Positions 42,546 through 55,099 of a stretch of 64,000 nt of DNA are shown in pieces (positions within the stretch are counted from its first letter, which is position 1; the number at the start of each line of letters is the position of its first letter). Source of the DNA: Paraspadella gotoi (lineage: Eukaryota; Animalia; Chaetognatha). The notes under the pieces are model-generated. The model saw only the letters and a list, made by a program, of their open reading frames with translations, was not told where the DNA came from and searched no databases. The translations under genes were made by a program, and so were the position numbers. The stretch covers positions 19,278,773-19,342,772 of the forward strand of contig CM119267.1 in the NCBI GenBank assembly GCA_051294375.1. The letters are read 5' to 3'.

Positions 42546-43281
42546 GAATAAAGAAATAATCGGCTTAGAAAAGCAGAGAGAAGAGAAAAAAAAACTGAGC
42601 CGAGAGGAAAAAGAAAGAGAGAAAAGAAGACGACGCCGACGGCAAGGTAAAGGTTTTGAAGGCGCTACGGACTGCGGCGCCTTCGCCGACCGACGCCGCC
42701 GACCGACGACCGGCGCCGGCGCCGCGAAGGTCGGCGTTCAATGGAGCTTCAATGGCGCGACCGAGGTCGAAGCCGGCGGGACGATTCGGAAGGAGAAGGA
42801 AGGAAGGTAGGGAGTTTGAAGGAGAAGCGGGGGTTGTAGGGAACGTAGGGAGATGGTGGGTGGGGCAGGGTGAGTCCAGGATCTTAAAAGATGTGGATTG
42901 AATTGAAAACGGGAAGAAGTGTTTGGCTGAGCGGGGGAAAAGGTCGGGCAAGACGATAAAGCCGGAATGGTAAAAATCCGTTCCGTAATTATTGACGGAA
43001 AAAAATTATAATAAATAAAATAAATAAAAGTTAATATAAAATTATAAAGGTAACATTGTTTAACTTAATAGCGTAGTTTATTTCATTTATACTAATAAGT
43101 ATCTTAATGACTTAAAACAGTAATCTCATCGTGGGTTTCCTTTCCCCGCCTCGACGCCGTCGGCCATTTCGCATTAGAACTCCACTGACTGCTTCGCATT
43201 AACTCCCACGTTGAAGTACACCTCGTCTCTCTATTCCACCGCGAGACAATGATACTATTCATGGCTTATAAGCTTTGCTTT

Positions 43282-43337
<56 letters not shown>

Positions 43338-43693
43338 GAAAAGACACAGATACTTTTTTTATCACAACTCGCTATGTATCCTCCGAGCGAGAGACTGCGC
43401 GCTTCATAGCGCGACAGCTTATCCCTTTCTCCCCCCCCCCCGAACTTAGCTCACCGCTCACGCGACAGAGTCAGGGGGGAAATGAATGAATGTGAAATGA
43501 TACTATTATAGAAGCGCTTAACGTCTGAAGGCCTCTTCCAAGGACGCAGCCGAGCCACGAGCCTCTCGCCTTTTCCAAGAGAAGAAAACGAAAAAACGAG
43601 GTAAGTTTCCGAGAGGGTGAGTGGGGAATTTGGGTTGAAGGGTGAGTGGGGATTAGGGCGACGACGGGGGACCGCGTAATTACTGACGATACG

Positions 43694-43825
<132 letters not shown>

Positions 43826-44308
43826 ATTTCGTCATTGACACGCGGGTCATTGAGAAGGGATTCGGCGCGAGAAGAAGAGAGGGTTTTCCTTCCTTCCCAT
43901 CTCTTCTTATCTCACCCTCACCTTCCTTCCTCCCATTTTCCTCCTTTCCTCCCTCCGAAGCGAAGGAGGAAGCGAAGCGAAAATCTCCTCCTGTTGTCGT
44001 CATTAAGTCCTGAGGTCGCCTCTCTTCGCTTCGGAGCCCGAGACAAAAGGACACGGGGAAAACTGGAGATGGGGGTGCATGGTGGGCGGGGGGGGGAAGG
44101 TGGGGGAAATTTGGGGTGAGGAAGAATAGGGGAAGGGGGGGTATTGGAGGGGCTTATGGGATGGTGGATAAAATTGGGAGTGAGTAGGAAAGGTCGTGAA
44201 GGAAACTGGAGATAAATTCGAGTGGGGAATGAAATAGTGCGGAGTACAATATTGTATTTCCCGATCTAACGCTTAAGGGAGAGATCCTTTTATACAATTG
44301 GAACATCC

Positions 44309-44521
44309 TTTGAAATATTATACCACTTTATTGATAGGGAAGCCAGGTACTCAGGGGGTGAATAAACACTCAGAGAGAGTTTTGATTGAAAGCTTGTTGA
44401 GACCTGCTATTTCATTATCTTGTAAGAGTGACGGAGGCCTTAAACAGCCATAGCCTTTCCAAAGTCAGGGACAAGATAGCTTATTTATTATATGAATAGA
44501 TAATTTTATATTTGTTGTACA
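44309..44521 (+). mobile_element. Short dispersed repeat family A, copy
   Basis: See 37303-37502. Confidence 0.8.
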
Positions 44522-45247
44522 TTTTTCGTGGAAGAAGATGTAAAATAAAGGATAAAACAGGAGAAGGTTAAAAAATGAAAGAAACGGAAGGTGCTCAAGA
44601 AATTTGGGGACAAAAGAGAGGCTTAAGAACACGGGCAAAAGTGAATGAGACGAATTGGGAATGTGTAAGAGAACGGAAGAAGAAAGAGGGAAAATCTCAA
44701 AGAAAGGAGGAAATGGAGACGTTTAGTCTAAGAGGAAAGGTTACAAGAAAAGTGAGGAAGATGGAACGAGAATAAAAAAAGAGTGGGTAACGGAATAGGA
44801 AGAGATTAAAAGGAAGGGATAATGAAAACGAACCACAACCACAAAAGAAAACTGCAAAGGAAAGATTTGGAGAAGAGAAATGTAAAGAGAGAAGTGAGTG
44901 AGGTAATATTTGAGTCGGGGACAATGGAAACATTTTTTTTTTTAAATTGACGAGAACAAAATGATGTACGATGAATAAAGGAAAGGAGACGGAGTGAGAG
45001 GTTAATCGTTTTTAAAAGGAGATTTCCTCGTACCTAATGTTCAAAGCCGAGAAGAAAAGGACAACAGGGTAAAAAAGTGCCAAAGAATAAAAAAAAAGAA
45101 GTGAAGATGTGACCCTTGAAAAGATAAACACAATTGGATGATATAAAATCGCAATTTTCTTAGAAGACTTCACATCACCGTCTTTATGAATTGTAGCCGG
45201 GCATTGCTTAGGTTCACCCCACCTATAAACATAACAAATTCAGTTGT

Positions 45248-45430
45248 GACCCCGTGGCTCATTGTGTAAAGCCATCAGCTCACGAGCAATAGATACCAGG
45301 TTCAATCCCAACCTGGTACATCCCCTGCGGGAATCGCAAGGACAGCCGTAAGCCGCCTTTGAAGCGTGGAAAACCTTCAAGCCTTGTTCTGAGCCAATGA
45401 CCCGTTCTATGGCTGCTCGAGGGGTTAAAG
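45248..45430 (+). mobile_element. tRNA-derived SINE (or tRNA pseudogene head)
   Basis: A-box-like tggctcattgtg (~45255) and B-box ggttcaatccc (45299-45309) at tRNA-like spacing; no intact cloverleaf. The 3' boundary is a guess. Confidence 0.55.
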
Positions 45431-47167
45431 AAGTTGCGGATAGTCGGGAAGTATCGCACAAACGTCCTTTTTTGTCAATATTTCTTCTTCTTTTCTGAAA
45501 TGTCGTTCATATTATTGTTCTGGCTATTATCTCCCACAAATATTGTTTTATCGTTTCCAGGAGGGGAGACAATTTTGTACCAGGTCAAGGACCACAATTC
45601 AGAGAACATTATCACTTTTTCTATTAGAGAATACGGTCTCAATTAGTAATAATAATAATTAACTTAAATTTACTTAGATTAACCGAGTGACAGATCAATT
45701 TAACTACCCGAGTTCTTCCGCCCCGCTACCTTGACTCACTAATAAACTCCCGAAACAAGTTTCCCTCTAATCGAGTGGCCGCCAATTTTTTTTACCCCAC
45801 CGACGCCGCAGTGGCGACTTGAACTGACCCTCCCCCCCCCCGGCCCCGCGCGGTCGACCCCAGATGACCCGATGTTGACCTCGACTGACCCGATGTTCAC
45901 CTCTAATGACCTCGACGGACCGATTGTTGACCTCTGATGGCGACGTCGACCAAACGCGTGACGTGAATTCGCTTTCGTCGGCGAAACAAAGAAAATTTCG
46001 AAACAAACGAATTAATGCGTGATGTGTAATGTTTAATTGTAATTCAAATTGTATACATTACGCAAGTGTGCCGATTTTTTCTCGGTTCGACTCACTGTCT
46101 CTGAGTTTAGCCTGTCCATTCGTCAACTTCAGTCACTTGACAGATTCATTAACTTCGTAATCAAAACAATCCACCTCATATACTGACATTCTCACCATTT
46201 TTCATACTTACAAACATTCTTACAATTTTACATACTTTCTTTCTCTCTCTCTCCCTCTCCCTCTCCCTATCTCTCTCACTCTCTCTCGCTCTCTCTCTCT
46301 CACAAACGGGGGCCCCATTTCTCCAAAACCTCGCTAAATCCCGGGAAATGTCTTTGATGAATCGATCCCTCTCGTAAAATCTTGGCGTGTTCTATGGAAC
46401 GAGTTGTTGGAGAGCGGCTCGGCATAAATCTCCCGACTCGCGTCGTAAATCTATCGGCGTCAGGATAAATCTTTCGGTGGGCGAGATTTGGAATTTTGTC
46501 GAGACGACGTCGGCGGAATGGAATCGGATTTTTGGCGGGAAATACGTCGATTGGTTATCTTTCATTCGTTACATATCCGTTTCGCCAGCTTGGTGGTAAT
46601 CCCCAAATAGGTGCTTTCACCGTTTTCTGTGAAAACAGTCTTTCGCAGATAGAATTTACATTGCGCAAAAATACTGTGTCACTCACAAATCCATTTCTGT
46701 CACTAATAGTGATAACAAAAAAACGTAAGAAAATCGAATAAAATTTTAAAACCTCTTTCCTTCAAAAAAAGAAACATTCGAGCGTGAAAATGTCGCTGAA
46801 AATTTCAAGAGTTTTTTATACATTTTTACTTCGAAGTTTTCACACGAGCGCATACCACTTCACCAACGTTTTCTCAGCCAACTTTATTTCACGAGAAAGC
46901 CGTTTGAATTTTAGAGTTGGAGACGGTCGCCCGTATTGGAAAGGATATGGAGACTAATTCTATTATCTTGTGATTTGTTATTGTTCTATATCGACAAATA
47001 GAGGAGTTACTGAACTCCGCCTACGAAAGTAGATCCAACGTCTCAAACAAAAGGCAATCCCTGCCTCAAATTCATTCTGAAAATTTTCCAGGAAAATTCG
47101 AAAAAGAAGAGATAAAAATATCGAATAACCTACGACAAGCGAAATTCAACGCAGAATACAAAAAACC

Positions 47168-47222
<55 letters not shown>

Positions 47223-47521
47223 CCTTAGCAACTTTAAAAAATATTGAGGCGGTTTGAGCTTTATTTTTATGGACATCCGTTTTTCAAAGAATATTCACTC
47301 CATGAATTAACAAGAACGGTGATTCCAATGTGTTGCGCCGCAGTGACTTTATTGTCATGTGTATGACATGACATGATATGAAATGACATGACTAAAAATT
47401 TTTTTTAGCCCTTGTATTTATGACATGTACTTCATCGAAATCCGTGTTTTATTCCTTTTAGTTTTAAAATTTCCTGAAGGCGACGCTAACAGTCACTCAG
47501 ATTTGTGGTTTTTTCCTGTCT

Positions 47522-47646
47522 TAACAAGTGAGCAACCAACTATAGGCAAATTATAGGCATTTTTAACATAAGTGGGACAGACCGACCGACCGAAAAGTGA
47601 CTTATAGAGTTGCTCGGCGAGTTCTCGCGGCGCAATTAAAAAAAAA
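47522..47646 (+). mobile_element. Small DINE-1/HINE-like (Helentron-associated) element
   Basis: Starts aacaag, has subterminal inverted repeats gagcaac/gttgctc and an internal (gacc)n microsatellite, and ends in a weak hairpin before an A-run. Confidence 0.5.
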
Positions 47647-48249
47647 TTACCTCATCCATATGTAAAGGTTTTTCATCTTTGAAACGCTTAATAAATTCAG
47701 GCTCACCGTTGACTTACGCTTCGAGCCTTACTGTCTTTTCAAAACTTCGTTCCCTTTCAATAGTTCACCTCCGCTCCGAGATGATTTGAATAACATAGAC
47801 TTCATTAAGAGAAGAGACTGAAGAAAAAGAAGGGAGAAATTGGTTTTTTCAATTTCTTTTGAGGTTATATTTTGATAATGAGCCTTTTTTTTACGACCAG
47901 AGTCGTTATTTGCACATTTTTTTCCTATTTCTCTAATTCAGCTTATAAATGAGACACCCAACCAATAATATTCTCTTTCTCTCTTTCTCTTTCTCTCTCT
48001 CTCTCTCTCTCTTCTCCTCTCTCTCCTTCTTCTCCTTCTCTTCTCTCTCTCTCTCTCTCTTCTCTCTTCTCTCTCGTCTCTCTTCTCTTCTGCCCCCTCT
48101 CTCTCTCTCTTCCCTTCTTCCTTCTTTTATTCCCTTTCCTTGCCTTCCCTCTTCCTTTCTCCGTTCCCCATTCGTACAGATTTCGCGCGAATAAATATGC
48201 AATGAGATAGGTTCTTAGTCTCACCACGCGGTCCCGCGAAGTGTCACCC

Positions 48250-48331
<82 letters not shown>

Positions 48332-49564
48332 TTCAGTCTCTCCTTACTCGGATCCGACTTTACTTTATTTCCTGTCTTCTCTGATTAATCCTCAGCCCTT
48401 ACCACACATCCTGATTATTATTATTAGTATTATTAGTAAAATATCAAATCAAATCACGGACCGAATTAATTAAAAATTCGATTGTTAGCTAAAAAACTTT
48501 TTTCGTTTCCTCTGTTCAAACGCCGGTCGCAAAAGTCTGCTATATATCTTATTTGGAAGTAATTTTTGAATTGTTTTCTTTACAAATGTAAACCAAAGTA
48601 ATTTTTTATTATATGAAAATTTGCAAATTACTTGTTTCACTATTTTTTATTTTTCTATTTTAAAATTTATATATATATTTTGTACACTTAATTTAGTTAT
48701 ATAATGTATAATCCTATTCCATTTTTAATTTTAACACGTGCTCCGAACTCGAACCCCAGTTCCGTCTGAAGATAAAAAAATTGAGGAATATCTTTTGCAA
48801 AGAGCCACATTGAAACTCCGTCGTGGTCGTCGTCATCGTCGTCGTTGTTGTTGACGTTTTCCTTCTCTTTTTTTTTTTGGTAAAATTTTTAAAAGCGAGA
48901 GCGAAGGAAGAGGAGGTCACTGTCCGTCGTGGCAGGGGAGGTCGCGATGGCGTTGTTGCCAGTTGCATAATGCTCGACATTTGTCACTTAATCAGAGAGA
49001 GGAAGAGAGAGAGGAGAGAGACAGCAAGGCATGCGAGAAAAGTCATATCGGAGGTCAGATATATGAGCTTGAACACTAGCTCTGGACCTCTTGAAGAACA
49101 ATGCAGTGGGAGACTCTATTCCCGAATTGTGTAAGTAAGTGTATCTTAAAATTGAACTATGTAATATATCACTCAGAAAGGAGCGAAAGTCTGTAGGTGA
49201 TTGATCAGTTTTTTTGCGGACTTACCCGCAAACTCGTTTTTCTGTAGAGAGATTTTTTAGATAGAACAACGATCCTCTCACCCCTGAAATACCAAACACA
49301 CAAAAAAAGTTTGAGCAACAAGTCGGATCTGCCTACGATAATTCATTTAATATAATTAATTTAAGCGAATTAATTAAATTATATTAATAGATTAATTTTT
49401 AATATTTTAATAATTAATTTAAATTATATTCAACTTATCAAATATCAATTTTAAAATATGGTGAGAACAGGGTTTATTAATATTTTGTTATTATTTATCA
49501 AAAAAAAGCACTCCACATTACTTTATTATGTCTCCTTCTCTTCTGTCTCTCTCAATCTCAACTC

Positions 49565-52500
49565 TGGAAGGAAAGTTTCCCAGTCTCTTAGGACAAGCCG
49601 CACCTATATGATCAGGTGGCCAGGGAATGGCGCGGCTAAAAGGGCAACCAGGACAAGAAATCAAACTGGGACGCTATGAGAGATTAAATAATCTCATAAG
49701 AATATAGAGTAAATGAGGTATAGATTCTAAAGGAAATGGCAATCAATAATCCGACATATAATCCGTAAAATTGTTAAAGCAGTGTAAAAACGTACGAAAA
49801 TGGGTTTACAAATCCGGGACCGCGACAACTCTCCAGTCCACAAGCAGCGCGACAATCTAACTTCAAAGCTGGAATTCGTTGAGTGCAAAGTTCTGAGGTA
49901 TGTGACCGGACGGAAGAAGAGGAGAGACGCTAGAGAAGATATTCTCAGTCTCTCTCGCCACAAATACTATCTGTGGCCACGGTTCTACTTCACCCCCACC
50001 TCACTTTTCGAGAGTGAGCAACACAAAAGGCCACACAAGGACCAGTGTCAATTGAAAACACAACGGGGTCTCCAATCAAACTCCAATAGTTTCCTCCGTT
50101 CTAAAATTCAACATCTTAATGACTAGATAAAGGGATGACCAAAAAATAAAAAACACCATGATCTGGTGGAAAAAACTAACAAAAGCCATTTTCCTATTTC
50201 ATTCTGCTTCTTTGTTCATGTTATAGACGGGCTATGAATTCCCAAACACAGAATCGGTGGCATTCCTATTTGGTTCCAGTTTGAAAGTTCCTCCTGACGC
50301 ACCGAGCGATGTGTGTGTTACTAACACAGATCACAGACATCATGCAGCCGCTGCTGTCTTCGTCTCAGAGTCAGCGCTCATATCACACCAACTCTCGTCA
50401 TACTTAAAACACAAGATTAGTAGAGGAAAACAAAGAGCATCTGTTTCTAATATTTGTTTCATTCATATATAATCATGATCAAATAAATTAGTAACACAAT
50501 TAACATAGCATCAAAATAAATTCGAATAGAAATGCATACCAGTGTATTCTTTGCCAATCTGAAACCCGCCACTCACCGTTGGCTGTTCGTCCGTCTCAGA
50601 GAGCCTGTTACGAGCTTGTATACATGCGTTCCATTTCGTGATCATACTCAACAAAAAAAAGCAAAGGGGAAGGTATAAGACGGCAAAAAATTATCAAACC
50701 TTATAAAATTTTTAATCTCCTTTTAATCTCATCTCTAATTCTATTAACTCCTCATTCCCCATAATGACACGAAAATTAATTACAACTTCTCTCTTCTAGA
50801 AGTTAGTCGTCCTACATTTCAATCTCATTCATAAAACTACAGTTTATGGCCTAAAATACATCTTAACCTCTTGAAGACGTCACCAAGCAAAATTTCAATC
50901 CATCCATCCCCTCGAATATCATGCTCCAGGTTACGGTGTTACTCACCATCATACCATAATACTTTTGCAGAGTGGATTGACCTCTGTGTAAAGTATTCAA
51001 TTTCCAAACAAAACGATATTTATGATGAAAGTCCAATCAATTTCAATTGCTCAAGGAATAAGGACGTTTCATGTTTCAATAATTCAAAGGGGTTTCGAAG
51101 GGATTCAAAAGTTCATAAGAACCATCAAGGTTTTCAATGCACAGAAGAGTATCAAATAAAGTCTCGAATGCGCATGGCATTGAAAGATAAATTGTAAACA
51201 TGTAAATTTCAAATATCCATGAAGCTTCATTAGTCATCTCACATTCATTATCATCACATTTAAGCGGCATGTCCAAAAATTGAACCTCCATTTCATACGC
51301 CGCTGCCAGACCCAAAAAATTCGATGAACATCGCACGTAGCACCCGGTTCCATTGCTGGCTGCTGAAAGCATTCATGTTGACAGGTGCCTGCAGAATCTC
51401 GGCTTGCGGTTGCGCGTGTCGCCTCCTGAAATATAGGGCCGCTTCACAGGGCGGTGCCGGCGGTCGCCTCCTGAATTTACTGCGTCAGAAAATTGGAATT
51501 TTTGGCTGCGTTGGCGGTCGATCCATAGCCTCCTCTAAAGAGATTGCAGAAAGAATCAGACGCTCAACTCCTGCTCTTAAGACGAGTGATGAGCCAATAT
51601 TTGAGTCTTCTTAAAAATAAAGTTCTTTTCGTAAAAATTTTTTAACTTTATGAAATCTTAAATGAACGATTATTTGCGGAAAATCGGCTGCCGTTGCCGC
51701 TCGGAAAAGCCGCCTCCAAAGAATGGCTGCGTTACCGGGCGGCGCCCTGCGCTCGCCTGATCATAGTCGTCTCTGTTGAAAACTATAAGTATAAAGTTGA
51801 CAATGCATTCCTAGTATGGATGCAATGTCCTAACACAATTTCTCTTTGCTTAGTGGAATTGACTTGACATAGTGAAGCCAAAAAAAACTTCTAATTCGTG
51901 TTTTGTGCTTGAATTTGGACATCACCCAATTAAGAAAGCTCATCAAAGGTCAAACACACATACAATAAAACTATAAATCCGTCCCTATCGAACGGCCGTT
52001 ATCACAGACTGGATTTCAACATCCCCTATCACTCCTTCCTATCACACCCTCCATAGCCCCCAACTATGTCATGGCCACTCCCACTCTCCTCGTTTTCACC
52101 TTGTTCTCTTGTTTGTTCTTAAAAATAAATGGTATTATAAGTGTTCTTGTCGCGCCATGCCTTTGGCATATGTTCTTGTGATGAAATCTTTGCAAGATGC
52201 CCTTTTCCTGACACATTTACAACAATCCTTCCTTGTATGGCAACAAGATGTTGCTCTTGAATTTGGAAGTCATGTTCTTGAAAGGCTGATGCAACTCTCT
52301 ATAATAGTGTTTTTTTTGCAATGCTAGCAACCATGCTTTTTCTTACCCATACCTGATTTTTCAGTTTGCAAGTGAAGATTGTCTTTTTCTTATTCGGGTG
52401 GAGACGGAAGTGTCAAATGAAATCCGGGGTTTCAACAAAAAAAAAGTAGCCCCCCCACTTGAGGTTTCTTGGCGAAGTAAATAGCAATCATGGTATTGGT

Positions 52501-54161
52501 GGTTCAGATGTTAATTCGTCGCCCCGCACACTTAAGAATGTGCAAGGAAAATAAATTACTCATCTTTCTTTCATTTTCGAGTTACCTTACAAATATATCA
52601 GATAAAGATCCACCTTCTCTGAGTTTGCTAATTTCAGTTTCCATAATTTTTCTTTTATTCATAAAGCTCAGTAGAGCAGCTGCTTTTTTGATCACATACA
52701 AAGTATTATCCTGGTTCCTTCAATTGGCAATAACTTCATCTTCAGTTCATAAACTTCTGATTGTTCCAATATTCATCTGCTCTAATCTTTCAGAAGATAG
52801 ACGCTACTGAATGTCAAAAGAGGAGTTTTGGACTACGAGGAAATAGTAAAGCCAAAATTTTCACATGCCTGCCAACACACTTTCCCGTTCTTTATTTTCT
52901 GAGCTTTGGTGCCCCTCAGAATAGATGGGCCAAATGGTCTCGTTATTGCAGAAGAGATGGTGGTCATCTGGGAAGAGATTTGCGCCATTTTGCAATCTTC
53001 TTTGCTTTGCCATCGAAGGTCTGTTGAAAAGTTCGTGAGCTTAATGGTTGGTTTTGCCTTGAGGCCAAATAAAAAGCGAATCAACTTTCCAATGTCTTGC
53101 ACCGCCTTTGCGTAAATCCGTTAGGGCGTGCAATGCTTTGTTTCCAATTACGGTGCAAAAAAACTCGAAAAGAAAAAATTGATAAAGGATGTAAGGAAAA
53201 GTTCAAAATATTTCAAAAAAAAAAGATCAGAAATTAAATTCGAATGTAAGTTAATCAAAACTCATTTAATTCAAAATTCGCAAATCATTGATAAAATTAA
53301 AAGTTTATTACATAAAAAGCGTAACTCTTTAATTTAAACTCAAAAACAAAATCAATTAGTATTTCATGAAATAATCATTGTTATACCCCCAGTTTTCTTT
53401 CTCTTCTGTTCCACACTCATCCACAAAAATTAATCGTTTAAACGTAATTTCCTTGCCAAAGAGTGATCATAAAAAAATCAATCAAATCTCCAACGCAACA
53501 CTCAATGTTAAAAAATTTCTAAATAATTAAATCAAACCCTCCTTTAATCAGAATGCATCAAACTATCATTCAAAATCAATATTCATTCAATGCGCCACAT
53601 CACTTGGACTCCTACCAAAAGTCTTAACGTCCCGGTTGTTTGTAGAAAGGCGTTGACCCATCTGCAATTCAGACGTTAATTCATATAACTGAATCACCTG
53701 AAGAAGCGATGCTGTTTTCCGAATGGAAAATCATTTTCCTACTGTAGAGAAGTTTCCGTCCCTCTCTACGCCGCTCAAGTAATATCAGTTGGTCAGGAAA
53801 GGCTGCGGCTAAATACCCCGCACCGACAGGCATCCACTGAACCTATATCGATGAGTAAATCTTCAAAGATAATGTAAGAGAATATCGATAGAGTAAATGC
53901 GAAGTATAATTCCTAAAGAAATGCATCAAGTAATCCGCATATAAATCCAGTAACATAATTCTTAAAGCAAGTGTAAAAATGCCGAGGAAAATGTTAAAAA
54001 CCGAGGAAATTAGTCCAAGCAAGCGGAAATCTATCAAAGCTGAATTTCGTGATCCAAAAGTCTGACGCGGTTGACCGGTGGAAGAAGAGGAGAGAGCTAG
54101 GAAGAGTATCTCATCTTCTTCGGGTCCACGAACTACTGTGGCGCACTGGTTCTACTTTTCA
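49565..54161 (-). mobile_element. LTR retroelement with gag-like zinc-knuckle remnant, decayed or error-rich
   Basis: ~420-bp direct repeats at 49565-49992 and 53743-54161 with TG..CA ends; minus-strand purine-rich tract gaggtggggg abutting the 3' LTR; aactc/cactc flanks resembling a TSD; CCKC..KGHLAK knuckle on the minus strand near 52180-52230. Confidence 0.7.
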
Positions 54162-55099
54162 CACTCTCTCCTCTCTTCTCTCTTTTTTCTGCATTGCGAC
54201 GATCTTTATGCTGTTTCAGATTTTTTTTAACTTGCGATCAGGTTTTTTCACATTAATTAATTATTAATCATTAATTAATTAAAACATTTATTAGTAATCA
54301 TTTAATGATTAACGATTCAAGTAAATGTTGACTTAAGTTTTTTCCAGTCTAAACTCATTTCCCTGGCTACAAGATTCCGTCATACTTTAATATTATATAT
54401 ATTAATAAATATTTAAAGCTTCAGTGTCCACAACGCCAATGAATAATTCAAAAAGTATATTGAAAATCGATTTAGTAGTAAAATAAGAAATACAAAATTT
54501 AAAGAGAACTAGAAGTTATAGAAAAGTGTTCAATTTGGCCCGCCTTACTCTAGATATTGCCTTACTAATATATTGCATGTGAGTATAACAATGTTTAATC
54601 GGAATAATTAATGACAGGTTTAGGTGGAGAGGGGAGGTTCGATCTCGCAGCAATCACGTCAATGCGTCAAGGAGTGGGGGGAGAGGGCAGCATACTACTT
54701 CTCTAGGGATAAAGAGGGAAATTGATTTTTGATTTATGAGGATTAATTAATTATGATTGTATGGCTATTAAAGCATTTTTAAATAATGAATACATAATAG
54801 TACGAATCTAATATCTAAATATTCAAATACTCATTAAATAACATTGCAATAATAAAATGAACTTACTAATTTGAAAATAAAGTTATCTTATACTAATCAA
54901 TTTGCATATTTGCATCGGTTAAAGGAACGTAATTGGCCAATTTTAAATGATATTATTGACATATTTTAGAGGTTTGAGAATTGGTTTATTTTGGATAGAT
55001 TAAATTTTTTTGTTTTCTATATTATCTATTATTTGAATCAACTTTAGTTTGTATTTTAAATTTTTATTTTTATTGTTTAACTTTAACAATTTTCCCATC

